Shown here: positions 9,291-18,713 of the stretch, piece by piece
Layout: every line of letters starts with the position of its first letter
Position numbering within the stretch: position 1 is the first letter of the stretch
Source: Bacteriovoracaceae bacterium
GTDB lineage: Bacteria > Bdellovibrionota > Bacteriovoracia > Bacteriovoracales > Bacteriovoracaceae
Assembly (NCBI GenBank): GCA_049599895.1
Contig: JBMYPC010000012.1
Coordinates: 1 to 35,595, forward strand
Direction of reading: 5' to 3'
Length of the DNA stretch: 35,595 bases
Position numbers and translations under genes: made by a program
Notes under the pieces: model-generated
The model's database searches: none
Told to the model about the DNA's origin: nothing
The model's input: the letters and a program-made list of their open reading frames with translations, nothing else

Positions 9291-9300
9291 TTGAATCTCC

Positions 9301-9963
9301 TCAGATTAATTCAATTGTTTTAAGATAAAGTTCATCTCCTAGAAAACCTGCTAGGATCTTAACGTTTTTGTTAATATAAATTCTTCTAAAGTCATTAAGT
9401 TCTGGTTCAAAGAGATTAACGCAAATTCTTTGTTCATCTTCTTCTTGAGTCACGCAGTATTCTGTTTTTCTTTTTTGGCTATTCCATTTACTTATGAATT
9501 TTCCAGAGATTTCGATTTGTTTGAGTGAAAACTCAATTGAGCTTGGAATGATATCAATGAAAGTCGTAGACGGTAATGTGAAGTCATTGGAATTTTCAAA
9601 ATCATTAAAACTTCCAAAACTTGAATTGTTCAGGCTTGAGAAAGGGTCATTTGTCGAAAAGCTGCCAAAGCCACCTTCATCTGAAAAAATAAATTCATCA
9701 TCAATATTGAAACTTGAAGTTTTCCCTCTCACTTTCATAATTGAGTTTGGTGTTTGCAGAAGAAAGTGGGCCAAACTTCGAGACTTAATAATGAGGTTGT
9801 ATTTGTCATTTCGACTCATGGTAATCGCTTTAATCGAGATAACCTTCTCACCATTAAAATCTTTAATTTCAGAAATATTAGTGGACCTCAAAAGATAGGA
9901 CTTTGAAAATGCTGTATTGAAAAGCATAAGACTTAAAAGTGTAATGACAAATTTCAGTTTCAT
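9301..9963 (-). CDS. Secreted hypothetical protein (apparent paralogue of 8625-9290)
   Basis: Signal peptide ending A-F-S; central F/S/N/D low-complexity insert; 10-nt gap to the downstream gene. Confidence 0.8.
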   Translation of the reverse strand: MKLKFVITLLSLMLFNTAFSKSYLLRSTNISEIKDFNGEKVISIKAITMSRNDKYNLIIKSRSLAHFLLQTPNSIMKVRGKTSSFNIDDEFIFSDEGGFGSFSTNDPFSSLNNSSFGSFNDFENSNDFTLPSTTFIDIIPSSIEFSLKQIEISGKFISKWNSQKRKTEYCVTQEEDEQRICVNLFEPELNDFRRIYINKNVKILAGFLGDELYLKTIELI

Positions 9964-10054
9964 TTTCGAAAAAGACCCCTAAATAAGCGAAACATGGCCT
10001 TTAGGTCATAGCACTCATGGTGCACTGTTTGAAGAAGATAAGGAAAAAATACTC

Positions 10055-11338
10055 TTAAGACTTAGGCTTCTCTTGGATAAGATCAAGGAATGTGAAGAGT
10101 GCCTTTTTGCAAAATCGGTACTTTAGCTGATCTCGAGTGCCTTTATAGTGATAAAGTGAGGATGAGACATTGCCATTTCTGACTCCGGCAATGGCCACAG
10201 TACCCACAGGTTTATGAGGACTTCCGCCAGCTGGTCCAGCGATACCTGTTGTTGAAACTGAAAGGTTTGAGCCCAATTTCAGTGAAGCTCCAAGGGCCAT
10301 TTCTTCTGCGACTTGAGTACTGACAGCTCCAAATTGATCAAGGTTTTGTTTTGAGACATTCAAAAGCTTCATTTTTGCTTCATTGGCATAGCTTACAACT
10401 GTACCGAGATAAACTTCGGAAGCTCCTGGAACATCGGTAATAAGGTTGGCGATGAGTCCACCTGTACAGGACTCTGCTGTCGAGAGGGTTAAGTTTTTTT
10501 CTTTGGCCTTGGCTATGACAAAATTGGGAAGGGGAACTTCACCGATCTGCCAAACGATAGAGTTTAAATTTTCATCATGAATAATATCTTCAATTCTTTT
10601 GTGAACCTCATCAGTAGGACCTTGTAGGCCTGAAAGAACGATATCGACTCCCATAATATGAGGCAAAGAGGCGACCTTCCCAAACTTAGAGAGACGGTCC
10701 CAGAGTTTGGGAGCAATCTTAAAAAAGATTTTTTCTTCGGGAGTTTCTCGAGTACGAATCACAATTCGCGATTGGTTTTGATCTAAAGAATGACCAGCTT
10801 GCATAAAAAGATTCTTAAGGTTCTTTTCAATTATACTTTGAAACTCTCTGGGAACTCCTGGAAGACCTAGGACAAACTTAGTCTTAATGATTTTATAAAA
10901 TGGAGGAGCGAGTCCCACGTCATTGCTAAGAGGAGTGAATCCTTCTGGTAGACATTCATAATCTTGATAAGGATTTTTAAGCTTTAGAGTCTTTTTATAC
11001 TCATCCCAGTTGATCCCTCTACGTTCGTACTGGTCTTTTACAATTTGAGTCACTCTTTGGTTTTTCTCAATAGAAGCATCGAAGGCTTTAGAAAAAGCCA
11101 GTCTGGTAAGATCATCCTGAGTGGGCCCAATTCCACCAGAAGTAATCACCACATCAAACTGCTTTAAAGCTTTTTCAATGGTTTGAGCTATCCCGTCTAC
11201 TGAGTCAGGAATCACCAGAACTTGCGAAAGTTTAAGGCCTAGTTCCGGTAAGAACTTTCCAAGCCAAAAGGCATTTTTATCGTGAGTGTGGCCGTTTAAA
11301 AGCTCATCACCAATACAAATTAACGCAACACTAGGCAT
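10055..11338 (-). CDS. cinA: Competence/damage-inducible protein CinA (MoCF-like domain + NMN deamidase PncC domain)
   Basis: IGDELLNG, ITSGGIGPTQDDLT, LPGVPRE, TAESCTGG and TTGIAGPAGGS motifs. Confidence 0.93.
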   Translation of the reverse strand: MPSVALICIGDELLNGHTHDKNAFWLGKFLPELGLKLSQVLVIPDSVDGIAQTIEKALKQFDVVITSGGIGPTQDDLTRLAFSKAFDASIEKNQRVTQIVKDQYERRGINWDEYKKTLKLKNPYQDYECLPEGFTPLSNDVGLAPPFYKIIKTKFVLGLPGVPREFQSIIEKNLKNLFMQAGHSLDQNQSRIVIRTRETPEEKIFFKIAPKLWDRLSKFGKVASLPHIMGVDIVLSGLQGPTDEVHKRIEDIIHDENLNSIVWQIGEVPLPNFVIAKAKEKNLTLSTAESCTGGLIANLITDVPGASEVYLGTVVSYANEAKMKLLNVSKQNLDQFGAVSTQVAEEMALGASLKLGSNLSVSTTGIAGPAGGSPHKPVGTVAIAGVRNGNVSSSLYHYKGTRDQLKYRFCKKALFTFLDLIQEKPKS

Positions 11339-11399
11339 AAGCAAGATTCTCTGTTAAAGCTGTGTATAGACTTAAATATTTTCCCATTAAATACTGAAA

Positions 11400-12962
11400 A
11401 TGAAAAATAAAGATTCCATTTTAAAGTTTAGCCTAGCATTTGATCGAGATGTGGAATCTTATTTGAAAAAAAATCATGGGCCCATTTCTGAGTTTACAAT
11501 ACTTTCAAAAAGTTTAGATGCAAGAAATGCCAACAGAGGGAGAACTCCAAAGTATCATTACCAAGTGAAACTCAATCATATTGACTCAAATGAGCAGTTT
11601 GAAAAGATCCATCCCTGGGAGTCGAAACCACTTATTATTGGTGCGGGTCCTGCGGGTCTTTTTGCGGCTCTTCGTTTCGCTGAGTATGGGATTAAAACAA
11701 TAATTGTTGAAAGAGGGGACCAAACTTATCCGCGAATGAAAAAAATCGCTCGGCATTGGCGTTATGGTGAGATGGATGAGGACAGTAATGTTTGTTACGG
11801 TGAAGGTGGTGCAGGGCTTTTTAGTGACGGTAAACTTATCACTCGAGTCAAGTCTGAATACGTTGGTTATGTCCTCAAACGATTCTACGAGCTTGGCGCC
11901 CCAAAAGATATTCTTTATGATTCCAATCCTCATGTAGGCTCTAATAAAATTCGAGAAATTATAAAAAACATCTCAAAGTATCTTCTTGAAAACGGTCATG
12001 AAATTCGATTCAACTCAAAAGTCACAGAACTTCTCTATGATCAGGATAAGGTCGTCGGCGCAAAACTTGAGAGTGGAGAATGTCTTCATTCTGAAGATAC
12101 CATTTTGGCCATTGGGCATTCAGCTAAGAAAATGTTTTACCATCTTCATGAACATGGGGTTTCAATGAAGGCCAAGGACTTTGCTATTGGCTTTAGGGTT
12201 GAGCATCCTCGCTCCATGATTGATACCCTTCAGTTTGGAGAATTCGCTGAACACCACGCTCTTGGAGCTGCAAGATACCGCTTGAGTTACTATGATAAAT
12301 CAAGTGATAGAGGGAGCTACAGTTTTTGCATGTGCCCTGGTGGCTATGTTCTTTCTTCTGGAACAGAAAAAGATGGAATTGTTGTCAATGGAATGAGCAA
12401 CTATGGTTGCCGCTCAAGATGGTCCAACTCGGCAATCGTTACATCTGTGAAAAATGGTGTTGATTATAATAAAAATGGAGACAATATTCTCGATGGCTTT
12501 TCTTATATTGAGAACATTGAAAAGAAGGCCTTTAACGCCTCAAAAGAGTATGCTGATGCGAGAAAGCTTCCCTTTCAAAGATTAGATGACTTCTTAAACA
12601 GTAACTCTATATCTGATAAACCTTTCCCTAAAAACTCGACTCCTTCAGGGATTTTTGAGTTTCCTATAAATGAAATTCTCCCTGCCAATGTCTGTGAGAT
12701 GCTCAAATCTGCTTTCGTTCAATTTGATAAGCGTTTACCAGGCTTTATGTCTAAAGAGGCCATTGTCATGGCCCCGGAAACGAGGACTTCATCACCAGTT
12801 ACTTTGTTAAGAGATAAAGAAAACCTCCAAAGCCTCTCTCATAAAGGTCTTTATCCTATTGGTGAAGGAGCAGGTCACGCTGGTGGAATCACTTCTGCTG
12901 CGGTCGATGGAGTCAAAGCTTCAATGGCCGTAATCAAAAGCCACGCTAAAGTCAAAGCTTAG
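11400..12962 (+). CDS. FAD-dependent oxidoreductase (COG2509-like uncharacterised family)
   Basis: IIGAGPAGLFAA, GEGGAGLFSDGKL, YSFCMCPGG, ETRTSSP and GEGAGHAGGITSAAVDG motifs. Confidence 0.9.
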   Translation: MKNKDSILKFSLAFDRDVESYLKKNHGPISEFTILSKSLDARNANRGRTPKYHYQVKLNHIDSNEQFEKIHPWESKPLIIGAGPAGLFAALRFAEYGIKTIIVERGDQTYPRMKKIARHWRYGEMDEDSNVCYGEGGAGLFSDGKLITRVKSEYVGYVLKRFYELGAPKDILYDSNPHVGSNKIREIIKNISKYLLENGHEIRFNSKVTELLYDQDKVVGAKLESGECLHSEDTILAIGHSAKKMFYHLHEHGVSMKAKDFAIGFRVEHPRSMIDTLQFGEFAEHHALGAARYRLSYYDKSSDRGSYSFCMCPGGYVLSSGTEKDGIVVNGMSNYGCRSRWSNSAIVTSVKNGVDYNKNGDNILDGFSYIENIEKKAFNASKEYADARKLPFQRLDDFLNSNSISDKPFPKNSTPSGIFEFPINEILPANVCEMLKSAFVQFDKRLPGFMSKEAIVMAPETRTSSPVTLLRDKENLQSLSHKGLYPIGEGAGHAGGITSAAVDGVKASMAVIKSHAKVKA

Positions 12963-13102
12963 GCTATTAAAAGTAAAAAAGACACAGGGACTGTAAAATC
13001 ATCTGCTTAGCATGAGTCCTTTTGGAATTGAGTGATCTGTAAATAATTCATAGCGTAATAAGTTAGTATCCAATCCATTACGCCCTTTGTTAGAAATTTG
13101 TC

Positions 13103-13918
13103 ATGGAAGGAATGGATCAAGTATCAAATCAAAATCAAGACCAAGAAAAACTAAGAGATTTTCGAACTTATCTCCAACGAACTCTCGTTATGAGATGCAA
13201 AGAAAATCCTCAGTATTCTTTAAGGGCCTTTGCAAAGTCTCTTGAAATTGAGCCCAGTGCTCTTTCAAAGATTCTTAATGGCAAGCGTTCAATTACAGCG
13301 AAGATGTATGAAAGACTCTCACAAAAGCTCGATTTAAGTGGCGAAGATTATGAGTATTACCACCCAAAGAATACTCATCTTAGAGAAAAAAAGGTTGAGG
13401 CCACAACATTATCTTCCGACGTCTTTAACTTTATTTGTGACTGGTATCACTACGCAATTCTTGAGCTGATTCGTGTGAAAGGCTTTAAAAATGATATTGC
13501 TTGGATCGCTAGGGCCTTGGGAATCACCACAAGCCAGGTTCAAGATGCAGTTGATCGCTTAACAAGAATGAAACTTCTTATCAAAGATGATTTTGGTCGT
13601 TGGCATGACAATAGTGGAAATATCACAACTCTAGGTCATCCCTTTAGTACTCAAGCTTTTCGCCACTTACAAAAGCAAATTTTGAGTATGGGAATAGAGG
13701 CCATGGATATGATCCCTATGGAAAAAAGAGATCAAACATCAATGACCTTTGCTGTTAATTCATCTAAGGTTGGGCAAGCTCGTGAGCTGATTAAAAACTT
13801 TAGAAGAGATCTTGCAGAGATTCTCACTTCTGGAGATAAAGACGAAGTTTATCAAATGAGTATCTCGCTTTATCCCATTACCCAAATTTCTGAGGAAAAA
13901 AGAAATGATTTTCACTAG
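13103..13918 (+). CDS. TIGR02147-family protein (XRE-like HTH + DUF4423), putative transcriptional regulator
   Basis: NPQYSLRAFAKSLEIEPSALSKILNGKR HTH, DWYHYAILEL, RDQTSMTF and VYQMSISLYP, typical of this family. Confidence 0.88.
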   Translation: MEGMDQVSNQNQDQEKLRDFRTYLQRTLVMRCKENPQYSLRAFAKSLEIEPSALSKILNGKRSITAKMYERLSQKLDLSGEDYEYYHPKNTHLREKKVEATTLSSDVFNFICDWYHYAILELIRVKGFKNDIAWIARALGITTSQVQDAVDRLTRMKLLIKDDFGRWHDNSGNITTLGHPFSTQAFRHLQKQILSMGIEAMDMIPMEKRDQTSMTFAVNSSKVGQARELIKNFRRDLAEILTSGDKDEVYQMSISLYPITQISEEKRNDFH

Positions 13919-15029
13919 GTCTTTAAAACTCATCATTGCTTTAGCTTTCAGTCTTTCATTGACGACAAGCTATGCTTGGAAAGAAGGCCATGGAGGTTAT
14001 AGTATTGATACTCCGGAAGGGGTTTTCCTATTAGACTTCCGTGAAGCAGGAATTCATTTAAGTCCTTATTACAATCAGTTTATTTCTGATAGTCCTGTTA
14101 TCCAATATTATATTGAAGAATATCTTGTTCATCCTGAATTTAACGAGACGATTAAAGCAAAAGTTATCCAAAAGCTTTCCGAGATTTATGCTGAGTCAGC
14201 AGATTTAAGTTTTGCTATTCTCTCAGGACTTATTCTTTATAACTTTGACTTTACACCAGATCCATTAATTCCGACCAATGATGTGAATACAGTTCTTCAA
14301 GGTTTTGATGATTCTGATTTCATTCCAACTGCAAATAGAAGGCAGTCGACTATCAAAATTCATACTGATTCTTGGAAGCTTCTTGATGATGATAATAAAG
14401 TAGGACTTCTCTTTCATGAGATTCTTTATTCTTACACACTTCCTTATCATGATAAAACCTTAGCAACGTTATTTGATTCAAGCATTGCTTCGACTCGATC
14501 AAGAGAGTTAACAGCCTATCTCTTTAAAAAAGAGTTCACCCCTAAAGGTGTTCATGGCTTTAATGCTATTAGCAATAACAGTATCAAATATAAGTTCAGT
14601 GATAAAAAACTTCAGTTTCATAAAGACATGCCTGTTCCTAATAAAGGAGAGATGTTTCTTGAGTCAAAGGATAAGCACATTGCTTTAGTTGTGACTGTTA
14701 AGCGTCCTGCTAGAAAAGATTTTGTTTATGATTGGTTAACTGTGCCACTTAAAGACTGGAAAGAATACAAAGGAAAGCAGGTTTGTTCATCGATTATTGA
14801 AAATTTCCAAAGTGTAACTGGTCAGGTTGTCTTAGGAGTCAAGCAGATTTCTAAAAACAGCATCCAGGTGAAAATGAATGAAATGACCAATAGTTCTCTG
14901 GAAATTAATCGTGTGGATCGAGTTATGGCCACCAAAGATCTCTTTCAAGATCTTCACTTTGTCTCAGAATCAAGCTGTACCTATCAACTTAATCGATTTG
15001 TGAAAGAGCTTGTCACTGAAGAAGAGTAG
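13905..15029 (+). CDS. Secreted protein with degenerate zincin-like motif (HEILY)
   Basis: Signal peptide ending S-Y-A followed by WKEGHGG. WKLLDDDNKVGLLFHEILY has the HExxY motif at 14415-14429. Overlaps the TIGR02147 stop by 14 nt. Confidence 0.75.
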   Translation: MIFTRSLKLIIALAFSLSLTTSYAWKEGHGGYSIDTPEGVFLLDFREAGIHLSPYYNQFISDSPVIQYYIEEYLVHPEFNETIKAKVIQKLSEIYAESADLSFAILSGLILYNFDFTPDPLIPTNDVNTVLQGFDDSDFIPTANRRQSTIKIHTDSWKLLDDDNKVGLLFHEILYSYTLPYHDKTLATLFDSSIASTRSRELTAYLFKKEFTPKGVHGFNAISNNSIKYKFSDKKLQFHKDMPVPNKGEMFLESKDKHIALVVTVKRPARKDFVYDWLTVPLKDWKEYKGKQVCSSIIENFQSVTGQVVLGVKQISKNSIQVKMNEMTNSSLEINRVDRVMATKDLFQDLHFVSESSCTYQLNRFVKELVTEEE

Positions 15030-15064
15030 ATCATTTCTTATACTTGAAATTTAAACCAGCACGA

Positions 15065-15595
15065 CTATTTATAATTCAAAAAGTTCGCCTCATTGTGAAA
15101 GTCGGGACCTTCTTTAGGATGTATTGAAGCATAGAAGGCTTTTTCCTTCGAGCTTTCGAGAATCACAGTCGGATTCACAAGCCATTGCTGTAAATTGATT
15201 TTCTCTGGAAAGTCATTGGTGCTAAAAGAAAAAGTAAATTCTAAGCTTTTTGAACTTGTTATTCGACGATGTGTCTTGAGATTGAGTTTAAAGTATTCCT
15301 CAAGGTCTTGTCCTTTTTCTTTAAAATAAAAACAATTCCATAGTCCCGTTGTACTAAAGTTAAACTCTAGGTAGTGCCCAGTCTCTGGATCTCTTAGAAA
15401 AAATTCGAAACAAGTTGATTCCCAAAGCCCAATTCGCCTTTTGAGTTGAGTTGAATGATTTTCCGTTATTTTTAACTCTGGGTTTTTATCGAGTTTGTAG
15501 TTAAGTACAACTTCTTGATCTTTTTTTTTCAACTCCACGATAATGTTCTGTGGGAGTTGCTTCGTTTTATCAAAGGCCAGAAGTTTGATTTGCAT
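15065..15595 (-). CDS. DOMON-like domain protein
   Basis: GLWESTCFEFF, YLEFNFSTTGLWNCF and terminal PDFH motifs of the DOMON_murB-like family. Confidence 0.75.
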   Translation of the reverse strand: MQIKLLAFDKTKQLPQNIIVELKKKDQEVVLNYKLDKNPELKITENHSTQLKRRIGLWESTCFEFFLRDPETGHYLEFNFSTTGLWNCFYFKEKGQDLEEYFKLNLKTHRRITSSKSLEFTFSFSTNDFPEKINLQQWLVNPTVILESSKEKAFYASIHPKEGPDFHNEANFLNYK

Positions 15596-15607
15596 AGATG
15601 TCTTTCT

Positions 15608-16384
15608 TTAAAATTTAAGTTCTAGATAAATAGGGCAGTGGTCGCTTCCCATAACATCACTCAAGATTTCAGGTTTTTTAATATGGGGAAGAAGGTCTTC
15701 TGTTGCAAAAAAGTAATCAATCCGCCAGCCAATATTTCTTGAACGACAGTTATTTCGGTACGACCACCAGGTGTAATGATCCGGTTCATCAATATGCTTT
15801 TCACGAAAAACATCCACGAAGCCTTCTGAGATAAATTTATCCATCCAGGCCCGTTCACGGGGAAGAAAACCAGTGGTCTTATGATTCGTCTTTGGATTTT
15901 TGAGATCAAGCTCTGTGTGAGCGGTATTGAAATCACCACAGAGAAGTACAGGCTTTTTCTTATTCAGCTTCTTTGCCTTTTTAAGAACTTCTTCAGAGCA
16001 TTTGAGTTTAAAGTCCACTCTTGAATGGTCCCTTGAACCATTGGGAATATAACAATTGATCAAATAAAAGTTTTCAAACTCCATAACCTGAATTCGACCT
16101 TCATCATCAAATTTTGAAATTCCAAGGTTTTCATAACTGAGAAGATCAAGGCGGTTAGAAATGAGTGAAGCAACCCCACTGTAGCCAGGTCTCTTTGCTG
16201 GATGGATCTTCCAATTCATTTTCTTCGATTCAAGAATTTCCTCTGGAAATTGATTTTCTTTGGCCTTGATTTCTTGGAAACAGTAAATATGGTATTTTGA
16301 TTCTGAGAACCAATCATTGAGACCCTTTTGAGTCACGGCCCTGATCCCATTAACGTTCCAACAAGCAATTTTTATATTTTTCAT
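15608..16384 (-). CDS. xth: Exodeoxyribonuclease III / AP endonuclease
   Basis: WNVNGIRA, QEIK, GYSGV, CGDFNTAH, YTWWSYR, GWRIDYF and GSDHCP motifs. Confidence 0.96.
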   Translation of the reverse strand: MKNIKIACWNVNGIRAVTQKGLNDWFSESKYHIYCFQEIKAKENQFPEEILESKKMNWKIHPAKRPGYSGVASLISNRLDLLSYENLGISKFDDEGRIQVMEFENFYLINCYIPNGSRDHSRVDFKLKCSEEVLKKAKKLNKKKPVLLCGDFNTAHTELDLKNPKTNHKTTGFLPRERAWMDKFISEGFVDVFREKHIDEPDHYTWWSYRNNCRSRNIGWRIDYFFATEDLLPHIKKPEILSDVMGSDHCPIYLELKF

Positions 16385-16387
16385 AGT

Positions 16388-17020
16388 TTAGGTGTTGTTT
16401 TCTTTGGCCAGTCTTTCTCTTTTAATCTCTTCTGGATCAATTCCCTTGTAGGCATAATAATCGTCTATACTGCCAACACTTTCTTCTTCGTCTTCTTTGT
16501 AATCGCTTTCTTTTTGAGATTCAAGAAAGTGAGGGTCTTCAATATCAGTGTCATTAACTAAAACTTCACCTTCCGTAGAAAGCTCATGATTTTGTGAATA
16601 GGTGGTATCAAACTCATGGTCGGGATAGAGTTTTTGGTATCTCTCTTTTTCATCAGATGAAAGAGAGCTTTCATAGTCTCTTAGTTTTTTCATCGCTGTG
16701 AAATAGAGCTTTTCATATTTTTGTTTCACTCTTCGATCATGATGGTGAAATTTATCGAGATAGTCTTTTCTGGCCTTAGTTAAAGCATCACAAAGTCTTT
16801 CATAGTTTCTAAAGATGGGATCGAGTTTGATCTTACTCTTTTTCGAATGATCTCGATTTCTGTTTCGGTTTTGATTTTTTTTCGGAGTTCGATTTCTATC
16901 ACCTGATTGAGCTTTTGATTGTTTTCGTTGGTTATTTTTCGAACCACTTCTGTGACGCCTGTTGCCGCCCTTACCAGAGCGACCCTTATTCGATTGGGAG
17001 TTTTTACTAGAATCATTCAT
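16388..17020 (-). CDS. Hypothetical protein with a basic disordered N-terminus and acidic C-terminal half
   Basis: 210-aa ORF; R/K/N/Q-rich first ~65 aa, a helical middle and a D/E-rich region. 3-nt gap to xth suggests an operon. Confidence 0.8.
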   Translation of the reverse strand: MNDSSKNSQSNKGRSGKGGNRRHRSGSKNNQRKQSKAQSGDRNRTPKKNQNRNRNRDHSKKSKIKLDPIFRNYERLCDALTKARKDYLDKFHHHDRRVKQKYEKLYFTAMKKLRDYESSLSSDEKERYQKLYPDHEFDTTYSQNHELSTEGEVLVNDTDIEDPHFLESQKESDYKEDEEESVGSIDDYYAYKGIDPEEIKRERLAKENNT

Positions 17021-17026
17021 GACTCA

Positions 17027-17055
17027 ATCCTAAAGAGTCTTCTTATTACAGTCAA
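17027..17055 (-). promoter_or_regulatory. sigma70-type promoter, candidate leaderless transcript
   Basis: Minus strand TTGACT-N17-TAGGAT-N6-ATG(17020). Confidence 0.6.
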
Positions 17056-17139
17056 TAATGACGCTGCAAAAAAAAATAACCATGTGACGAAAGTGAAATG
17101 TTGGGGCAACATAGAGCAAATAAATTTATTGGAGGTTTC

Positions 17140-18129
17140 ATGAGTCGTAAAAGAGTAAAAGTTGCTGTAACTGGAGCAGCGGGTCAGATTGGCTATGCCC
17201 TATTATTTCGGATTGCTTCTGGACAGATGTTTGGGCCAGAAACAGATGTTGAACTGCAGTTAATTGAATTAGAACAAGCTTTAGGTGCCTTAAATGGTGT
17301 TGCTATGGAGCTTGATGATTGTGCGTTTCCACTACTTAAAAAGATAACATGTACTAGCGATCTTAATGCAGGCTTTAAAGACGTCAATTGGGCAATTCTT
17401 GTGGGATCTGTTCCAAGAAAAGACGGTATGGAAAGATCAGATCTTCTTGGGATTAACGGCAAGATCTTCACTGGCCAAGGTCAAGCGATCAACGATAACG
17501 CGGCTTCTGATGTGAGAGTTTTTGTTGTGGGTAATCCTTGTAATACAAACTGTTTTATTGCGATGAATGCTGCAAAAGACATCCCAAATGATCGATTTTT
17601 TGCCATGACAGCTCTTGATGAAAACAGAGCGAAATCACAACTTGCACATAAGGCCGGAGTCGATGTTGACCAGGTTAAGCAAATGACAATTTGGGGCAAC
17701 CATTCAGCCACTCAATACCCGGACTTTGAAAACACACTTATTACCGGAAAAAATACACCTGAGATGATTACTGATAGAGCTTGGCTTGAAAGTGAGTTCA
17801 TTACAACTGTTCAAAAACGAGGGGCAGCGATTATTAAAGCTAGGGGGGCTTCATCTGCAGCTTCAGCTGCAAATGCTGTTGTGGATGGTATCTACAATAT
17901 CACACACGATACAGCTCGAGGAGAGACCTATTCAATGGCCCTTGCTTCAACTGGACAGTATGGTGTTGATAATGACCTCATCTTCTCTTACCCCTGTCGA
18001 ACAGAGAATGGAGTTGTAAAAGTTGTTGAAGATTTTAAATTTTCTGATTTCGGTCAAGATAAATTTAATAAGACTCTTGATGAGTTAAGGTCTGAAAGAG
18101 ACACAGTTAAAGAGCTTGGTCTCGTTTAG
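17140..18129 (+). CDS. mdh: Malate dehydrogenase (type 2 / cytosolic-like)
   Basis: [41 protein letters not shown] and [25 protein letters not shown] fixes the start at ATG 17140 rather than 17098. Confidence 0.96.
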   Translation: MSRKRVKVAVTGAAGQIGYALLFRIASGQMFGPETDVELQLIELEQALGALNGVAMELDDCAFPLLKKITCTSDLNAGFKDVNWAILVGSVPRKDGMERSDLLGINGKIFTGQGQAINDNAASDVRVFVVGNPCNTNCFIAMNAAKDIPNDRFFAMTALDENRAKSQLAHKAGVDVDQVKQMTIWGNHSATQYPDFENTLITGKNTPEMITDRAWLESEFITTVQKRGAAIIKARGASSAASAANAVVDGIYNITHDTARGETYSMALASTGQYGVDNDLIFSYPCRTENGVVKVVEDFKFSDFGQDKFNKTLDELRSERDTVKELGLV

Positions 18130-18157
18130 TCATTAATAAACAGATTTTTTGATAAAT

Positions 18158-18183
18158 GGGGCCAATTTTTTGGCCCTTTTTTT
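18158..18183 (+). terminator. Rho-independent terminator of mdh
   Basis: GGGCCAA-tttt-TTGGCCC stem-loop followed by T7. Confidence 0.85.
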
Positions 18184-18700
18184 AAAGCGAAAAGACATTT
18201 CAACAGCAGGGTAGATCATCGTATAGCTATTGCTAACATCTGACTTTGTACTGTCTTGAGATTCTTCTGATATACCAACGGAGTGGTAATTTAAAGAAAA
18301 GCCAATATAGAATTTTTTAGAAATTTTAAACTGCGCTCCAAATGCGGCCAGCATACCTGTTCCTGAAATATCATACTCTTCACCGGCGACATTTCGTGTC
18401 CCTTTGGCATAAAAGTTATAGGTAAAGGCCAAATAAATTGTTCGAGCTGTATTGAAGAAGTATTGAAACCTTGGGCCTAACTCAAGAAGAGCTATTTCTC
18501 CATCAGCGGCTGAGTCTTCATCTTTTTCCGTTCTCGACCAATTCACAAAACTTTGACCCACAACCCATTGATCGCTCTTTCCAAAAGTGGCCCCAATTAA
18601 AAGAGCGTAATGGGAAGATCCATATTCAAATTGAGTCACATCATCAGTGTCTGTTTCGTAATGAAGGCTTTTACCAGACACAAGAACACGAGGCTTTTGC
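18181..18700 (-). pseudogene. Outer-membrane beta-barrel protein, damaged at both ends (no signal peptide, lost stop codon)
   Basis: Alternating amphipathic strands and a C-terminal beta-signal-like VEMSFRF, but the next codon is AAA, not a stop, so the frame reads through the mdh terminator to 18133. No signal peptide; GCA AAA GCC (A-K-A) sits one base out of frame before RVLVSG. Confidence 0.6.
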
Positions 18701-18713
18701 CCCTTAAGAGTTC

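Noticed and set aside
16840..16900. Repetitive NRNRNR-encoding sequence as a DNA tandem repeat
   Set aside because: Codons vary; this is protein-level low complexity, not a nucleotide repeat array.
17098..17139. 14-aa N-terminal extension of Mdh
   Set aside because: A strong GGAGG SD precedes ATG 17140 and family similarity begins there.
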